Assembly (NCBI GenBank): GCA_032718475.1 | Contig: JAUCBJ010004046.1 | Location: 53,648-117,647 of the forward strand | Source of the DNA: Nemertoderma westbladi | Taxonomy: Eukaryota; Animalia; Xenacoelomorpha | Reading direction: 5' to 3' | Length of the DNA: 64,000 nucleotides | In this document: positions 23,312 through 36,038 of the stretch, piece by piece | How positions within the stretch are numbered: position 1 is the first letter of the stretch | Layout: each line of letters begins with the position of its first letter | The notes under the pieces: model-generated | Told to the model about the DNA's origin: nothing | The model's input: only the letters and a program-made list of their open reading frames with translations | The model's database searches: none | Made by a program: the position numbers and the translations under genes

Positions 23312-26300
23312 TTGTCTGTCTCCAGACTGTCTGTTTCCGGACTGTCTGTCGTTGGAGTGTCTGTGCCAGACTGTATTTGTCCGGACTGTCTGTGTCCAGA
23401 ATGTATGTCTCCAGACTGTATGTATCCGGACTGTCTGTGCCCAGACTGTTTTTGTCCGGACTGTCTTTGTCCGAACTGTATGTGTCCGGACTGTCTGTGT
23501 CCAGACTGTCGTCCAGAATGCATATCTCCAGACTGTCGTTGTCCAGACTGTATGTCTCCAGACTGTATGTATCCGGACTGTCTGTGCCCAGACTGTTTTT
23601 GTCCGGACTGTCTTTGTCCGAACTGTATGTGTCCGGACTGTCTGTGTCCAGACTGTCGTTGTCCAGAATGCATATCTCCAGACTGTCGTTGTCCAGACTG
23701 TATGTCTCCAGACTGTATGTATCCGGACTGTCTGTGCCCAGACTGTTTTTGTCCGGACTGTCTTTGTCCGAACTGTATGTGTCCGGACTGTCTGTGTCCA
23801 GACTGTCGTTGTCCAGAATGCATATCTCCAGACTGTCGTTGTCCAGACTGTCTGTGTCCAGACTGTATGTCCTCAGACTGTCTGTATCTAGACTGTATGT
23901 CTCCAGACTGTATTTGTCCGGACTGTATGTCTCCAGACTGTATGTGTCCGGAATGTCTGTGCCCAGACTGTATTTGTCAGGACTGTCTGTGTCCAGACTG
24001 TCTGTGTCCAGACTGTATGTCTCCAGACTCTATTTGTCCGGACTGTCTGTGTCCAGACTGTATGTCTCCAGACTGTATGTATCCGGACTGTCTTTGTCCG
24101 AACTCTATGTGTCCGTACTGTCTGTGCCCAGACTGTATTTGTCCGGACTGTCTGTGCCCAGACTGTATTTGTCCCGACTGTCTGTGCCCAGACTGTATTT
24201 GTCCGGACTGCCTTTGTCCAGACTGTATGTCTCCGGATTGTATTTGTCCGGACTGTCTGTGTCCAGACTGTATGTCTCCAGACTGTATTTGTCCGGACTG
24301 TCTGTACCCAGACTGCATTTGTCAGGACTTTCTGTATTCAGACTGTATGTCCCCAGACTGTCTGTGTCCAGACTGTATGTCTCCAGACTGTATTTGTCCG
24401 GACTGTCTGTGTCCAGAATGTATGTCTCCAGACTGTATGTATCCGGACTGTCTGTGCCCAGACTGTTTTTGTCCGGACTGTCTTTGTCCGAACTGTATGT
24501 GTCCGGACTGTCTGTGTCCAGACTGTCGTTGTCCAGAATGCATATCTCCAGACTGTCGTTGTCCAGACTGTATGTCTCCAGACTGTATGTATCCGGACGT
24601 TCTGTGCCCAGACTGTCTGTGTCCAGACTGTATGTCCTCAGACTGTCTGTATCTAGACTGTATGTCTCCAGACTGTATTTGTCCGGACTGTATGTCTCCA
24701 GACTGTATGTGTCCGGAATGTCTGTGCCCAGACTGTATTTGTCAGGACTGTCTGTGTCCAGACTGTCTGTGTCCAGACTGTATGTCTCCAGACTCTATTT
24801 GTCCGGACTGTCTGTGTCCAGACTGTATGTCTCCAGACTGTATGTATCCGGACTGTCTTTGTCCGAACTCTATGTGTCCGTACTGTCTGTGCCCAGACTG
24901 TATTTGTCCGGACTGTCTGTGCCCAGACTGTATTTGTCCCGACTGTCTGTGCCCAGACTGTATTTGTCCGGACTGCCTTTGTCCAGACTGTATGTCTCCG
25001 GATTGTATTTGTCCGGACTGTCTGTACCCAGACTGCATTTGTCAGGACTTTCTGTATTCAGACTGTATGTCCCCAGACTGTCTGTGTCCAGACTGTATGT
25101 CTCCAGACTGTATGTGTCCGGACTGTCTTTGTCCGAACTCTATGTGTCCGTACTGTCTGTGCCCAGACTGTCTGTGTCCAGACTGTATGTCTCCAGACTG
25201 TATGTGTCCGGACTGTCTGTGTCCAGACTGTCTGTGTCCAGACTGTATGTCTCCAGACTGTATTTGTCCGGACTGTCTGTACCCAGACTGAATTTGTCAG
25301 GACTTTCTGTATTCAGACTGTATGTCCCCAGACTGTCTGTGTCCAGACTGTATGTCTCCAGACTGTATGTGTCCGGACTGTCTTTGTCCGAACTCTATGT
25401 GTCCGTACTGTCTGTGCCCAGACTGTATTTGTCCGGACTGTCTGTGCCCAGACTGTATTTGTACGGACTGCCTTTGTCCAGACTGTATGTCTCCAGACTG
25501 TATGTCTCCAGACTGTCTGGATCCAGACTATCTGTGTCCGGTCTGTCTCTCTCTGGAGTGTCTCTGTCGGATTGTCTGTCTACGGACTGTCTGTGTCCGT
25601 ACAGTCTCTGCAGGGTTGTCTGTGCCCAGACTGTATGTCCCCAGACTGTCTGTGTCCAGACTGTTTGTCTCCATACTGTATGTGTCCGGACTGTCTTTGT
25701 CCGAACTGTATGTGTCCGGACTGTCTGTGCCCAGACTGTATTTGTCCGGACTGTCTGTGTCCAGACTGCATGTCTCCAGACCCTATGTCTCCAGACTGTC
25801 TGGATCCGGACTATCTGTGTCCGGTCTGTCTGTCTCTGGAGTGTCTCTGCCACATTGTCTGTCAACGGACTGTCTGTGTCCGTACAGTCTCTGCCGGGTT
25901 GTCTGTGCCCAGACTGTATTTGTCAGGACTGTCTGTGTCCAGACTGTATTTGTCCGGACTGTCTGTGTCCATAATGTATGTCTCCAGACTGTCTGTGTCC
26001 AGACTGTATGTCTCCAGTCTGTATTTGTCCGGACTGTCTTTGTCCGGTCTGTCTTTGTCCAGACTGTATGTCTCCAGACTGTATTTGTCCGGTCTGTCTT
26101 TGTCCGGTCTGTCTTTGTCCAAACTGTATGTCTCCACTGTATGTGTCCGGACTGTCTTTGTCCGAACTGTATGTGTCCGGACTGTCTGTACCCAGACTGT
26201 AATTGTCCGGACTGTCTGTGTCCAGAGACCAGAATGTATGTCTCCAGACTGTCTGTGTCCAGACTGTATGTCTCCAGACTCTATTTGTCCGGACTGTCTG

Positions 26301-27810
26301 TGCCCAGACTGTATGTCTCCAGACTGTCTGTATCCAGACTGTATGTCTCCAGACTGTATTTGTCCGGACTGTCTGTGTCCAGACTGTATTTGTCCGGACT
26401 GTCTGTGTCCAGACTGTTTGTCTCCAGACTCTATTTGTCCGGACTGTCTGTGTCCACACTGTATGTCACCAGACTGTCTGTATTCAGACTGTATGTCTCC
26501 ACTCCAGACTGTATTTGTCCGGACTGTGTCCAGACTGTATGTCTCCAGACTCTATTTGTCCGGACTGTCTGTGTCCAGACTGTATGTCTCCAGACTGTCT
26601 GTATCCAGACTGTATGTCTCCAGACTGTATTTGTCCGGACTGTCTGTGTCCAGACTGTATTTGTCCGGACTGTCTGTGTCCAGACTGTTTGTCTCCAGAC
26701 TCTATTTGTCCGGACTGTCTGTGTCCACACTGTATGTCTCCAGACTGTCTGTATTCAGACTGTATGTCTCCACTCCAGACTGTATTTGTCCGGACTGTAT
26801 GTCTCCAGACTGTATGTGTCCGGAATGTCTGTGCCCAGACTGTATTTGTCCGGATTGTCTGTATTCAGACTGTATGTCTCCAGACTGTATTTGTCCGGAC
26901 TGTCTGTGTCCAGACTGTAGGTCTCCAGACTGTCTGTATTTAGAATGTATGTTTCCAGACTGTCTGTGTCCAGACTGTATGTCTCCAGACTGTCTGTATT
27001 CAGACTGTATGTCTCCAGACTGTATTTGTCCGGACTGTATGTCTCCAGACTGTATGTGTCCGGAATGTCTGTGCCCAGACTGTATTTGTTCGGATTGTCT
27101 GTATTCAGACTGTATATTTCCAGACTGTCTGTATCCAGACTGTATGTCTTCAGACTGTATTTGTCCGGACTGTCTGTGTCCAGACTGTATTTGTCCGGAC
27201 TGTCTGTGTCCAGACTGTATGTCTCCAGACTGTATGTGTCCGGAATGTCTTTGCCCAGACTGTACTTGTCCGGATTGTCTGTGTCCAGACTGTATTTGTC
27301 CGGACTGCCTTTGTCCAGACTGTATGTCTCCAGACTGTCTGTGTCCAGACTGTATGTCTCCAGACTGTATGTATCCGGACTGTCTGTGCCCAGACTGTAT
27401 GTTTCCGGACTGACTGTCTGTTCTCAGACTGTATTTGTCCGGACTGTCTGTGCCCAGACTGTATTTGTCCGGACTGTCTGTGCCCAGACTGTATTTGTTC
27501 GGACTGCCTGTGACCAGACTGTATGTCTCCAGACTGTATTTGTCCGGACTGACTGAGCCTAGACTGTATTTGTTCGGACTGCCTGCGACCAGACTGTATG
27601 TCTCCAGACTGTATTTGTCCGGACTGCCTGTGTCCAGACTGTTTGTCTGCAGACTGTATTTCTCCGGACTGTCTGTGCCCAGACTGTCTATGTCCAGACT
27701 GTATGTCTCCAGACTGTATGTCTCCAGACTGTCTGTCTCCAGACTGTCTGTCTCCAGACTGTATGTGTCCGGACTGTCTGTCTCCGGACTATGTGTTGTC
27801 CGAACTGTCT
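23312..27810. repeat. 15-bp minisatellite (~300 units, ccagactgtctgtgt-like) with higher-order duplications
   Basis: The periodicity is seen directly. It gives long ORFs in several frames on both strands (CPDCx / SRLxV / QSGxx). A block near 23840-24230 recurs 765 bp later. Confidence 0.95.
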
Positions 27811-28164
27811 ATTTCCAGCTTGTCCGGACAATTGACCCGGGAAATTTATGTCTTGATATTTATTACAGTTCTGCCATATGCAATGTAATATAAGTGTTTA
27901 GTACGGGATATAAAAATTTATACAAAACATTCAAACTTTTGTAAAGTATTTACCACCTCACCCCGAGCCCATATGTCCTAAAGTTAATAACGGCCCAAAA
28001 TGTACATCAATACACCAACCAACATTGTATTGTATGAAGGCTGTAAGACTGCTGGGATTAGCGAAATTGCATAGAGTTGGGTCTACTGAAGAAGTAGACT
28101 AGTGCTTATGCTTGGTTGATCCTTGTAGTAAAATATTTTTTTGGGAAAGTTCCTTTGTGATTAA

Positions 28165-29962
28165 CTACTACTACTACTACTAGGATCGGCATGCTGCATT
28201 GCAGCTGCATTTTTAAGAATGCTGTGCCGGCTTGTCAACAAAATTGCACCGCCACAACTCCCTATCACCCATGACATTTGCTAGATCATCCGCATCTTTA
28301 AGGCCAGTGTCCTTTAAGATGCGTCTCAAGAAAGTCATGGGCTGTCCACCATGCTTATTCACTCCATGAGGCTGCCAAAGTACAAGATTATGCACTGGCT
28401 GGTCCTCACGGCGAAAGCAATGTCCTGCAAAGCGGAGGCGATTTTGTTCTAGTGTCAAGCTTGGGGGAACCAATGAGACACCTCCAATGTTATATAGTGT
28501 CTGGTTGGAGATGTGTGCATTGTACTTGACACAATGTACCCGGCGTAGCATTCTTGTGAATGTGCCATCCAGAGATTTGGTGTCCTCAGCAGTTAGAGCC
28601 CAGCATGGACTCCCGTAGAGGAGTACTGGAACTACTGCTGCTCTAAATAATCGGACCTTAAGTTTCCGATTAATTCTAGGTGACTTCCAAATCCTGGAAA
28701 GCCTATTCAAAGCTGCCCATGCCTTTCCCTTACGTATTCGAAGGTCCTCACCTGACTTCCGGATCCATGATCCCAGGTAACAGAAGTCGTCCACATGCTC
28801 AAGTATACCATCCTTTGAGCTTATGCTCATCCGATCAGAGACTTGCTGAGGACTTTCAAAGTTAACTGTCAGAATTTTGGTCTTTCTGGAGTTAATAAAA
28901 AGACCAACACTAGAAGCAGCATGTTCTAATGAGCTGAGGAGCTGTTGGGCTCCCTCTAATGATTCTGAGAGTACTCCTAAGTCATCAGCAAAGTCTAGAT
29001 CAGTTAGGTACTTGGCAGGATTTCCTCGACTTCTGGAGCCAGTAGGTGGAGTTATCATCACCCCATCATCATTATGATGATCTAAGGACATGCGTAGAAC
29101 ATAGTCAACCACAATAATGAACAAGAATGGTGCAAGTGTGTCTCCTTGGAGTACGCCCCATAACACTTCAAATGGTTCTGTGTCACCGTCAACAGTAGAC
29201 ACAAATGTTGTCGAACCATCGTATACTGATCTGATTGCTGCAATAATTTCATCAGGAATCCCATATAATGAAAGTATGCTGAACATACGTGAGCGAGAGA
29301 CTGAATCAAAGGCCTTGAAGAAGTCAACAAAGATAACAGCCAGATGCCTGTCTTTCTTTTTTGATAACTCTTCAATTATCCTTCTAAGTGCCAAAATGGG
29401 CTCCATGGTCCCACGACCTTTACGGAACCCATTCTGATTTCCACGTAGCAGTCTCTCAATGGGATCCCTGATGCGATTTAATAGAATTCTATTGTATAGT
29501 TTTGCAGCAATCGAGATCAATGAGATTCCCCGAAAAGAACCATAGAGTGTTAGGTTGCCCTTCTTGGGGACTGGCACCAACTTATTTGTTTTCATTTCTT
29601 GTGGGACTCTTGTTGTACGGTACATGTCTACTATGATGGGATAGATGAGCTTTAAACACTCAGGTATTTTAAAGACCTCAGGGGGAACACCATCTACTCC
29701 ACTGGCACGATTGGTCTTAATGCTCTTTGCAGCAGCCTTCACTTCTGCAAAGGAGATATCGCCAATGGGAATATCTGGGAGTACAGACTCAGACACTTTT
29801 ACTTCTATAAAGTTATCAGGCAATACCCTGTCATTATTGAGGAGCTTTTCAAAGTGGGCTTTCCAACCATTGAGGCGATCGGCTGGTGATTCAGCCTTAA
29901 CCTTGGTGGTTGATTGGCTTTTCCGCCCAGTAAGCAGATTGATCGATTTCCACATTGATCGG

Positions 29963-30000
<38 letters not shown>

Positions 30001-30023
30001 GGATTGATTGGCAGATTGATCGG
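28165..30023 (-). mobile_element. 5'-truncated RTE/RTEX-type LINE with a (TAG)n tail and an 11-bp TSD
   Basis: The TSD tttgtgattaa is at 28154-28164 and 30024-30034. The (cta)n tail is at 28165-28183. The RT frame is intact and no endonuclease is present. Confidence 0.92.
28213..29955 (-). CDS. Reverse transcriptase (non-LTR, RTE-like), 5'-truncated ORF
   Basis: Motifs RASGVDG, PVPKKG, FRGISL, QNGFRKGR, FVDFFKAFDSV, GVLQGDTLAPFLF, LDFADDL and FCYLGS. Confidence 0.93.
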   Translation of the reverse strand: MWKSINLLTGRKSQSTTKVKAESPADRLNGWKAHFEKLLNNDRVLPDNFIEVKVSESVLPDIPIGDISFAEVKAAAKSIKTNRASGVDGVPPEVFKIPECLKLIYPIIVDMYRTTRVPQEMKTNKLVPVPKKGNLTLYGSFRGISLISIAAKLYNRILLNRIRDPIERLLRGNQNGFRKGRGTMEPILALRRIIEELSKKKDRHLAVIFVDFFKAFDSVSRSRMFSILSLYGIPDEIIAAIRSVYDGSTTFVSTVDGDTEPFEVLWGVLQGDTLAPFLFIIVVDYVLRMSLDHHNDDGVMITPPTGSRSRGNPAKYLTDLDFADDLGVLSESLEGAQQLLSSLEHAASSVGLFINSRKTKILTVNFESPQQVSDRMSISSKDGILEHVDDFCYLGSWIRKSGEDLRIRKGKAWAALNRLSRIWKSPRINRKLKVRLFRAAVVPVLLYGSPCWALTAEDTKSLDGTFTRMLRRVHCVKYNAHISNQTLYNIGGVSLVPPSLTLEQNRLRFAGHCFRREDQPVHNLVLWQPHGVNKHGGQPMTFLRRILKDTGLKDADDLANVMGDRELWRCNFVDKPAQHS

Positions 30024-30824
30024 TTTGTGATTAAACATCATCACAATTATACAATTCTGTTTAATACAATTAATTTGGTTAAAGGAGCTGTTTTCACTAA
30101 ATATTCCCATCTAATATGCCGTGCGAAATGAGTTAAAGTTATAGTTTATTTTAAATATTACTCATCCAATAAATTTATCAGCTTCGTGTTTGAATTTCAC
30201 AGTTTATCTTTGAAGTGCCGGTTCTTTCTACCACTGTAAGGTAGGCCTATATTTATTAATTTTTGATTTCATCGCATATTACAGTTAGTCCTTATTAAAC
30301 ATTATATTATTAACTAAATAATATATATTTGTTTGTTTTATTCAAACCTGTTGTTAATTGCTCATATATTGTTTTACTTGTAGGCACAATCATATAATAG
30401 AGAATGTTATCTCGATCAGAATGTTGCCAGAATGTAGATTATATAATGGGACTAATGGCCTGTTTATTTGCTTATAATGTGGTTCGATCTGCTATAAGTT
30501 TCGTAAACTTTGATATTTCGTTTATTTGCATGTAGTCACATGTATTTAAATTATGTCCGTATTGTTATTGCGTATTATTAATATACTTTTAAGATACGGT
30601 AAACTATATTTTTATAATATATACGCGATAAATACTGTAGAATCAAAATTTTAATGTTCAAATAATGTTTTAAGATATCACGCCGTGTCTAAAAGTAGTG
30701 CCTAATCGGACCACATGCGAAAGACGTCTTCTACACCTGTTTCCATCATCACTCAGTAAGTATAAAATAAGCTATCGTTGTATATAGTACCTCACAGTGC
30801 TCATTGTTTTTTATTTCCACTTAG

Positions 30825-30923
30825 CACCAGGATTGGACAGTAACCAATATTGCATCAGTTATCTTAACTGTCATTGTTTTGGTGCTTTTGATGGTTTCCA
30901 TTGGTTTATTCTGCCGTCATAAG
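30825..30923 (+). CDS. Candidate small exon encoding a transmembrane helix
   Basis: Acceptor tttccacttag| and donor AAG|GTAGAA bound 99 nt, encoding HQDWTVTNIASVILTVIVLVLLMVSIGLFCRHK (hydrophobic run followed by basic residues). A short 69-bp GT-AG intron precedes it. It could instead be a UTR exon. Confidence 0.4.
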
Positions 30924-31370
30924 GTAGAACCTCTGTCTCAAATTTTGAGGTTTTGATCAATTCTGGGCAAATCAGGGGTCAGTGAAACTACCTTGTTGGA
31001 TGTTATATCGAATTTTCCAAATCATCGTATTTCATCAACCAATTACCCTCAACCAAGTGTGCAATTGTAACATATCTGGTCTAGTTTGTGTTGTTGACCA
31101 AATTATTTGACCCAATAAACCTTGATAGTAATATGTCAATTCTCTGTTTCACCCCATTACGTAGTTATTGATATTGTGAATATTTTTGTCTAGACTCATA
31201 GTTCTGTAGGCATCTCTTTGTTTAATTAAAGTTTAAGGCATTTAAATTCCCATTTTTTCTTCAATTCCAACCCAAAATGATTATTTTTCGTGTCCTGTCT
31301 ATTATATGTGATCTGAAATATGTATTAACACCCCGTCAGAAATCATCAACATGGTCGGTTATTATTCCAA

Positions 31371-33222
31371 AGGCCCGAACTCACAAAAAGTGGCCAAAAA
31401 CGTTTCCCACACGATTCGACTTAGTCTTAATTTTAGAATAGTTTTTTTTGGAACCTAGTAAAGTTATATATATTTTTGAAGATAATTTTATGGTCCAACA
31501 GATGCACAAAAAATCATACTGGCAATCCGACTTTTAAAGATTTTACAGACCTTTTAGTACTAAAAAATTCAGGTTTTTCAATTGTCCAAAAAAGTTAATT
31601 GCATTGTGGGGGGTGTATTTTGACATCTACTGGGTGTATTTCAACAAGTTATATCTCATTTTAAAGCTAAATAATAGAGGAATGCAATGGAATAACTCCC
31701 AAATTGTTTTATTGATATCATATTTAAATAAAACAATAGATAATATATATACTCCTATTTTTGACAATTACTTGTCCCAAACGGTAACAACTGAATTCAC
31801 CAATAGGTTTTTATTTGGATTCTATAAACTAAATTCTTATTTGAACTTATCTTCAAGAAGTGGAATGTTCCAGATTTTCCGAAAAAATACTAAACACAAC
31901 CAGAGATATTATGGCTGGTTTTATACGTGCGAGTCGATTATGTCAATGAGGATTGTCCCATGTGTGTGTAACACCAAGTACACTGCTTTACCATGCTCTA
32001 GAATCAGTTCTAACAAACTTGATATGAAGATTCAAATATCAGAAGATAACTAAGTTCTTGGTCTTTTGCGTGAGTAATCATTTGTGGCAACTATTGACTA
32101 TGGAATATACTTTAGTTGCTTTTACATTTATCAGCATGAGCTTTGTCCCACCTGTAACAAAAGCCTGTAACACAAAAAATCGTTTCAAGGCGGGACGTCC
32201 CACATGTAATATGTAAATCGAATAATTTTGGGCTACAGAATGGGAGATGTCTCACCTGTAACACTTTAGTAGTGCAGACTTTATAACATTGATAAGGCTG
32301 TAGGTCATGCACACAGAACAGCAGTATTAACTGTGAATTGGTACTTACCTACCTACAGTAGTACCGGTAACAGTATCAGTGCTGCCTCTTTATTGCGTTT
32401 GATTCGAAGTTATTGGATCTACAGATCTGCGCAGTGCATAGAGTTTACTATTGACTACTAAACAAACTAATCTTAACCAGAACCAGTTATAAGACCCTGA
32501 TACAGACACTATGTGACTACAGTATAGAATAGGACCACATTTCATTACTTATTAGACATCAGCTTGCCGTTCCGGTATCAAGATACTGATAGTAAATAAA
32601 AATAGGACTAATAATACTGATCTGTCTTATATGGAATGCGGTCCATCTTAGATCTATCTTCTGCGATTGGGAGAGGGAGATTGGGAGCTTCGTGAGGGGA
32701 GCAGTTAGAGGTGGGAGGGAAAAAATAGAGGTGCAAGGGGAGCAGTTGGAGGTGTGAGGGGAAAAGGTAGAGGTGCGAGGGGAGCAGCTGGAGGTGCAAG
32801 AGGAGCAGTTGGAGGTGTGAGGGGAAAGGGTAGAGGAGCAAGTTGAGTAGTTGGAGGTGTGAGGGGAAAAGGTAGAGGAGCAAGTGGAGTAGTTGGAGGT
32901 GCGAGGGGGAAAGGTTGATGTGGAAGGGGGGCAGTCGAAGGAGTGAGAGGAGTCGTTAGTGCGAGAGCAGTAGGTAGAGCTGCGAGAAGAGAATGGGAGG
33001 ATCTGTGATGGGTGTTGGAGACAGGGTGAAAAGTACAGGAGGATCTGTGGAGGGTGTGGGAGACGGAGTGGGAAGTACAGGAGGATCTGTGGAGGGTGTG
33101 GGAGCCATTGAATTCAGCGCATCAAGAGCTTTCTGGTGATATATACTATTACATACTTTGGGAAACCTTTTTTTTTACAAAAAAAAATAATTTTTTTGGC
33201 CACTTTTTGTGATTTTGAGCCC
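31371..33222. mobile_element. Possible non-autonomous TIR element
   Basis: tcacaaaaagtggccaaaaa (31381-31400) has an exact reverse complement at ~33193-33212. The TSD is unclear. Confidence 0.35.
32690..33105. repeat. Purine-rich degenerate tandem repeat
   Basis: Repeated gagcagttggaggtgtgaggggaaaaggtagagg and ggaggatctgtggagggtgtgggag units. Confidence 0.7.
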
Positions 33223-33949
33223 AAAGGGTTTATTATTGCAGGGACAAAGTCTGTTGCAATATTAGTGAATACTGTAGTTAGGGAGTTTTACTGGAAAGGT
33301 CTCGAGTCAGTATTACCTGGCAAGCCGGATCAATCTGGGTCAGACAAAAGGGAGATAGGGCCTACGCAGCAAGGTGCTTTCTAAATGTGTCCGAAGTGCA
33401 TCCTGTCAAATCCCTTATATATTTTGAGATAGAGTTTACTGTAATAATTTAGGACCAATAACACTAACTGTTGTCTATAAGAGAATAGACGCGACATGCA
33501 GCCTTATTTATGTTTTTTTATAGGTCAAATGTTAATGTTGATGGGGCAACTGTTGTGTCGATATGTTAAATGTTAATGTTGTTGATAGGCCAAAATTGTA
33601 ATCTGCCTATAAAAGCTGTAATTTTTTTTGAAATTCCAGGTCGAATCCTATAGTAGGACCTCGGCCATCTAATAGCTATTCAATGTATCTAAAAATTTTA
33701 ATATTTCATGTTAAAATTGCAATAGTTAGTTAAATATTATTGAAATTTTACAGTGCTGTGCAAACTCTTCGTAAGCAACAACTGCAGTACGTAATGTAGA
33801 CCTACAGCCTTAAATAAACTTTAAGACATTGTAAGTGCATTACTGTTAGTGGGCCTACGCTAATTATTTAATTGTACCCCAAGGTCCCGTAATGACTATC
33901 AATTCCGTCTGAAGCCGACTATAAAGCTACCGGCTAATATACCGGAAAT

Positions 33950-34061
33950 ATGGATTCTGCCAAAGGTGATAGAATTCCAGAACACTCTGAATCCAGTATA
34001 ATGACGTCACGAGCTAGGTGCATTTTACAAATCGCAGGGCAGAGACGGTATGACAGAGAAG
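33950..34061 (+). CDS. Probable first coding exon of the giant repeat protein
   Basis: ATG in aatATGG context encodes MDSAKGDRIPEHSESSIMTSRARCILQIAGQRRYDRE. The consensus donor AAG|GTAAGT (phase 1) matches the phase-1 acceptor tattttag|AA at 36038/36039. Confidence 0.55.
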
Positions 34062-36038
34062 GTAAGTAAATGTTCATTTGGCCGGTATGCAACTTGCAGA
34101 AGCTGTTGTGAAGCTGTTACTGTGTGATGTGTTGTACAAGGAGATTATTATAATTTATAGGCTAAAAGATTCTCCCATTCAAAATTATAACTTGCTTAAG
34201 GTTCTTTTAACAAAGATTAGGCCTACATGTTCAGAAAATGCGACTATTTCTTTGTCAATGTGAACTCCAGGGGTGTACTCTGTGATATATTTTTGTGAAT
34301 ACAGTATAATAATAATAATTACCGGTACTATATAAACCAAAACCATATTTATTCCGCGAAAGTTAAACACTACCTATACCTATATCCTTATTAATTACAT
34401 ATCCTATACTCTTATATTTATTCCACGAATGTAAAACAAATAACAAACAAAATTGTTCAAGAACACATTTTTGTTGTATGAAATATACATGAACATAACA
34501 GTATATAAGAAATTACCAAGAATCTTAAAGTCCCATAGAACATCAACATGAAACAGCAACTCACAACTAATTGGTAGTTCCCAAATCAAATCAACCCAAA
34601 GCACCATCCATAAGTTATCACAACATTAATAAATACGGCCCATGGCACTCACAAAGCCAAAGCCCAACAAAGCTAATTATTCCTATTCCCACCACCCACC
34701 CCATTAACTATATATGTCAGCCCATCCACCCTCCAATGTGTTTACTCATATAACAGGCTAAGGTGATAGCCCACCCACCCACCAATTTAATTTAATGTAG
34801 TTAAAATTACGTTTTGTATTTTTTATGTTATGTACCCCCATTACCGCCCCAAACCCCAACATATTTGTATTACTGTATTACGTTTTCATATCTGCACAAG
34901 TTCGAAATCTAAGACGGACACCGAAATGCAACATTCTAAAACATTAACACGCTGCGTCCATCGAGTGAGTGTATAAATATCGAGAGTAAAAATATCAATA
35001 ACGAGAGTAAAATTCATTTTTATGGTAGCTAATGTTTTTACAATAACTTCTTTGGTACCTAGTGTTTCATTCCAAAAATTATATCTATTTTTACTCTTGA
35101 AATTTTTTCTCTCAATATTTTTAAACTATCGATATATTTACTCTCAATATTTTTACTCTCGATATTTTTTGGACTCGCGTTATTATCGATATTTTTCAAC
35201 AATCTATATTTTTACTCGCGATATTTTTACTCATGGTATTTTTCATGTCTCGATATTTTTCAATAAAACCTGCTAGGTATTTAATTCCCGTTTCATATTG
35301 TTGGATGACGCAGCTATTGGTTTAGTGCAAATCTGACAAGTTTCAGATTGATCGGATTAAAAGCAATCAAAAATAGGAGAACATTTCATGTTTAGACATG
35401 TAGCCATTTAGCAGGAGACTGATGAACTGATAGTGTCTAAAGGTATCTAAAAAAATCGTATAATTTGGTCTTATTGATGCCTACAAATTGTTAACTCAAC
35501 AGCTTTAAATGCGACAAAGTAATAATCAAGTTATTTGACAAAAAGAAGTTTAAAGACAGGTTCGTTCTTAGGTTGTACCGGCATCCACCTTTGGCTCAAT
35601 ATAATATTGGTAATTAATCACTCTCTAGTCCTGATTTGAAGTTTCTAGTCCCACTAAATCGACGATTGCATATTCAATGTGGCTCTACGGTATAATTACA
35701 ATTATATTTTTTTCTGGATTTACATAATATATCGATTTGACGTGACAAATTTTGTGAAATTTCTCGAGAACTATTTCTTTTACTCTATTACTATTTTGGA
35801 TGTGTCTGCACCCATTGAGTCGACCTCAAAAGAACCTACGATTAGTTTTTACGGGTATAAGAAGTTGCACCCGAGAAGAAACACTTTGGCTAACTTATAT
35901 GAACATTTTATTTTGCTAGCTTATACATTTGTTTTATTTCCATCTCGTAATTTAATTTAATACTAGGATTACTTCTGATTATAGTAATATACTAATTATA
36001 ATAATATGCTATGAATGCTATATTATTTTATATTTTAG

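Noticed and set aside
23275-27893. SRLYV-, QTVCV- and QSGHR-repeat ORFs as real genes
   Set aside because: They are alternative readings of the same 15-bp minisatellite, with frameshifts and no unique flanking coding sequence.
36011-36038. ATG 36011 as the true start of the giant protein
   Set aside because: It lies in an AT-rich polypyrimidine tract ending in a good acceptor (ttttag at 36038) that is phase-matched to the exon ending at 34061.
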